From: Trypethelium eluteriae
Taxonomy: Eukaryota
DNA: 22,934 bases
Direction: 5' to 3'
Assembly (NCBI GenBank): GCA_051942245.1
Contig: JAVECL010000036.1
Coordinates: 62,001-84,934, forward strand
The translations under genes and the position numbers were made by a program. The stretch's first letter is position 1; each line of letters begins with the position of its first letter. Positions 20,478-22,934 of the stretch are shown in pieces. The notes beneath the pieces are model-generated. The model saw nothing but the letters and a program-made list of their open reading frames with translations. It made no database searches and was not told where the DNA came from.

Positions 20478-22378
20478 ATGTCGTCTCACTCAGTAGAAAG
20501 CCATGACATTCAGACAGATGTGCTGATTGTTGGTGCTGGCCCGGCTGCGGCGTCGCTTGCCTGTTTTCTTGGATATCATGGTATTACGGGTGTTATGATT
20601 TCTAGCAATTCTACGACAGCCCTACAGCCTCGTGCCCACTTTACAAACAGTGCTGCATTCGGTTTGTGTCTGACGAATATCGCTTTTTATAATATAGGAT
20701 ACTGATTACTGCTTAGAATGTCTTCGAGATATAGGTCTTGAAAAGGATTTCCGTGATGTCTCGTTGAGCAACTCATACTATGGTTACTATCGTTTTTGCC
20801 ATCGTTTGACGGGGCCTGATTTCGTTCGATACCATTCTTTTGGGAAACATCCAGACAGATTAGTGGGATAGTTTCATCCAGGCGGCTTATGTATCTACTA
20901 ACTGTACCAAGGGTGACTACGAAAAAATCTCTCCTTGTGAGCACGCCGATGTCTCTCAAAACGTAGGAGAACCAATTCTTCTCAAATATGCTACACAACA
21001 CGGATTTCAAGCTCGCTTTGACTACAAATTTCTCGAATACAACAAAGATTCAACTTCAGGATTGATCACGAGCACCGTCGAGGACCAAATTAGCAAGCGA
21101 ACAATCCGCATTGTTTCAAGATACCTCTGTGGTGGAGATGGCGCAGGCAGCTCTGTTGTTCGCCAGACCGGACTTCCATTCCATGATACAACAGTGCCTG
21201 GAGCTCTCGCTCTGAATGTGTGGTATGAAGCAGATCTAACCGACATTTATCGATTGAATCCCGGCCTCCTTCATGCGATCGCGACGCCTGAGATTGACGG
21301 GCCTCCCTGGGGACTTGTAGCAATTAATCGTATAGTCCGACCTTATACCGAGTTCCTGATGATCATGATTGGTACACCGGGAGTTTCAAACAAAGTGAGC
21401 GAAGTAGAGATCAGAAATCGTCTGAGAGATTTTCTCGGAAATGACAGTATCAATATCAAGATTAAAGGAGTTTCTCGATGGCGAATCAATGAGGCCTATG
21501 CGGAAAAAATAAGTGATGGAAATATCTTCGGTTTAGGAGATGCTATTCACAGACATCCCCCGGGTAATGGCCTGGGCAGCAATACTTCTTTTCAAGACTC
21601 GTATAACTTGGCTTGGAAAATTGCTTATGTGATACAAGGGCGTGCTGATCCTTCGCTTCTGGAAAGTTACAACGCCGAAAGACAGCCAGTGGGTAAACGC
21701 ATCGTCAGAATCGCCAATGACACCCTCCGAAATCATAATGCATTTTATCAAGCATTGGGAATAACTCTTTCCACTATTGAAGAGAGACTGTCGGCGCTTC
21801 AGGAGTTAGAACAAGACAGTCCGGCTGGTGCGGAGCGAAGGGCTAAACTCAAAAACGCATATCAAGCTCTCGAAGCAGAGACCGAAGGACTTGGGGCGGA
21901 AATGAATCAGAAATATGTGTCAAGTGCCGTGTATCTTGATGATGAAATGGATACCGGTCCCAAGTGGGAGGAAACAGCATTAGGAACTCGATTCCATGTT
22001 GTTAGCACTTTTCCTGGCTCACGACTGCCGCATGCTTGGCTTGGAACTAAGAAACTCGGCGAAAAGTTGTCAACTCACGATCTTGCGGGACACGGAGAGT
22101 TCACCATTTTCACTGGAATAGGAGGCAAAGCCGCCTGGGAAAAGGCTGCAGACGATGTTATGGCAGTCTTCAAGATCAAGATCAACGTGTACAGCATCGG
22201 ACGTGGACAAGATTACCAGGACACGTTCTATATGTGGGAGGATCGAAGAGAAGTTGATGACAATGGTGCGGTTCTGGTTAGGCCTGACAGAAGCATTGCA
22301 TGGCGTAGCAAAGATTCATCGCACGCGGGAAAGCTATCTGATGTCACGCAGAGACTATTAGGATTTGAAAGCCGCTAG
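20478..22378 (+). CDS. Class A FAD-dependent aromatic hydroxylase (PheA/TfdB family, 2,4-dichlorophenol 6-monooxygenase-like), about 598 aa, 3 exons
   Basis: Exons 20478-20661, 20717-20862, 20912-22378. Introns 20662-20716 (GTTTGT...CTGAT...TAG) and 20863-20911 (GTGGGA...CTAAC...AAG). Motifs DVLIVGAGPAA, PRAH..N..A.ECLRDIG, YLCGGDGAGS, GDAIHRHPPGNGLGSNTSFQDSYNLAWK, LLESYNAERQPVG, PGSRLPHAWL, VLVRPD. Confidence 0.94.
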
Positions 22379-22934
22379 ATTTTGTATTGAGAGTTTGATC
22401 GCAGTAGAAAGTTCGCCAGAAGAGTAGCAGCCACGAGCCAGTTTCAATCCTCATCTGATTATTTAGAAGAGATACGAGTAAGGTTCCAAGGTACGAACCC
22501 TAGTGTGTCTTGTAAGCATTTCGGATTGGTTATAAACTGATTGTCGATGCTTTACCGACACCAAGCCAAGAAGTAAGTTGGGATGTGACGGGGTTTTTGG
22601 CCCTATCAGACACCGCTGTGTTGTTTACTGTGGTCGGTGTTTCGAGAGTCCAGCTGTCGGATACGACAAAACTTCTGGCTGGGCCTCTTAACTTGTCTAT
22701 TGTTCATCCAGATTGTAATGCTAGCTACCTATAAGGACCTTCAAAGCAGCTGAAACAGTTTAACATTGGTATGCACAAATATCTAAACCCGAAAGTGATG
22801 ATGTTCATGATGTTCTTCATGAAGTTGATCCAATCAACCTAGCCTACCGCGTAATCTCGCTATGCTCTACACGAGGGTCAATGCGCGAGATTCTCGAACC
22901 TACTACGTAGGTCCTCATTTTACTAGTTAATTAG

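Noticed and set aside
1..22934. CRISPR arrays, rRNA, intact transposons, telomeric arrays, PKS/NRPS backbone genes
   Set aside because: No regularly spaced repeats, terminal repeats, strongly AT-rich RIP blocks or corresponding protein motifs seen.

Overview
Eukaryotic DNA from a filamentous ascomycete: short GT-AG introns of about 48-97 nt with CTRAY-type branch points and fungal gene families. The prokaryote-style ORF track fragments most genes, so I rebuilt the exon structures by hand. In order, the window holds: a Kv-beta-type aldo-keto reductase (cut by the left edge), a G-patch/DUF4187 protein, a secreted CE16-like SGNH acetylesterase, a SnoaL/NTF2-like protein, a small uncharacterised membrane protein, an IQ-motif (plant IQM-like) protein with a 13-nt micro-exon, an UNC-93-like MFS transporter, an intronless LadA/DmoA/DszA-family luciferase-like monooxygenase, a divergently transcribed type I Baeyer-Villiger monooxygenase (BVMO), a frameshifted protein-kinase-like gene, and a TfdB/PheA-type class A FAD monooxygenase. 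The best candidate for an undescribed system is the transporter + luciferase-like monooxygenase + BVMO module (11.4-17.4 kb). Its two promoter regions share a 37-bp TGCGG-N27-CCGCA inverted element with identical spacing, and both enzymes are poor in Cys and Met. This suggests a co-regulated fungal catabolic cluster, possibly for organosulfur scavenging; the function is inference. I could not support any tRNA, rRNA, CRISPR array or intact transposon.
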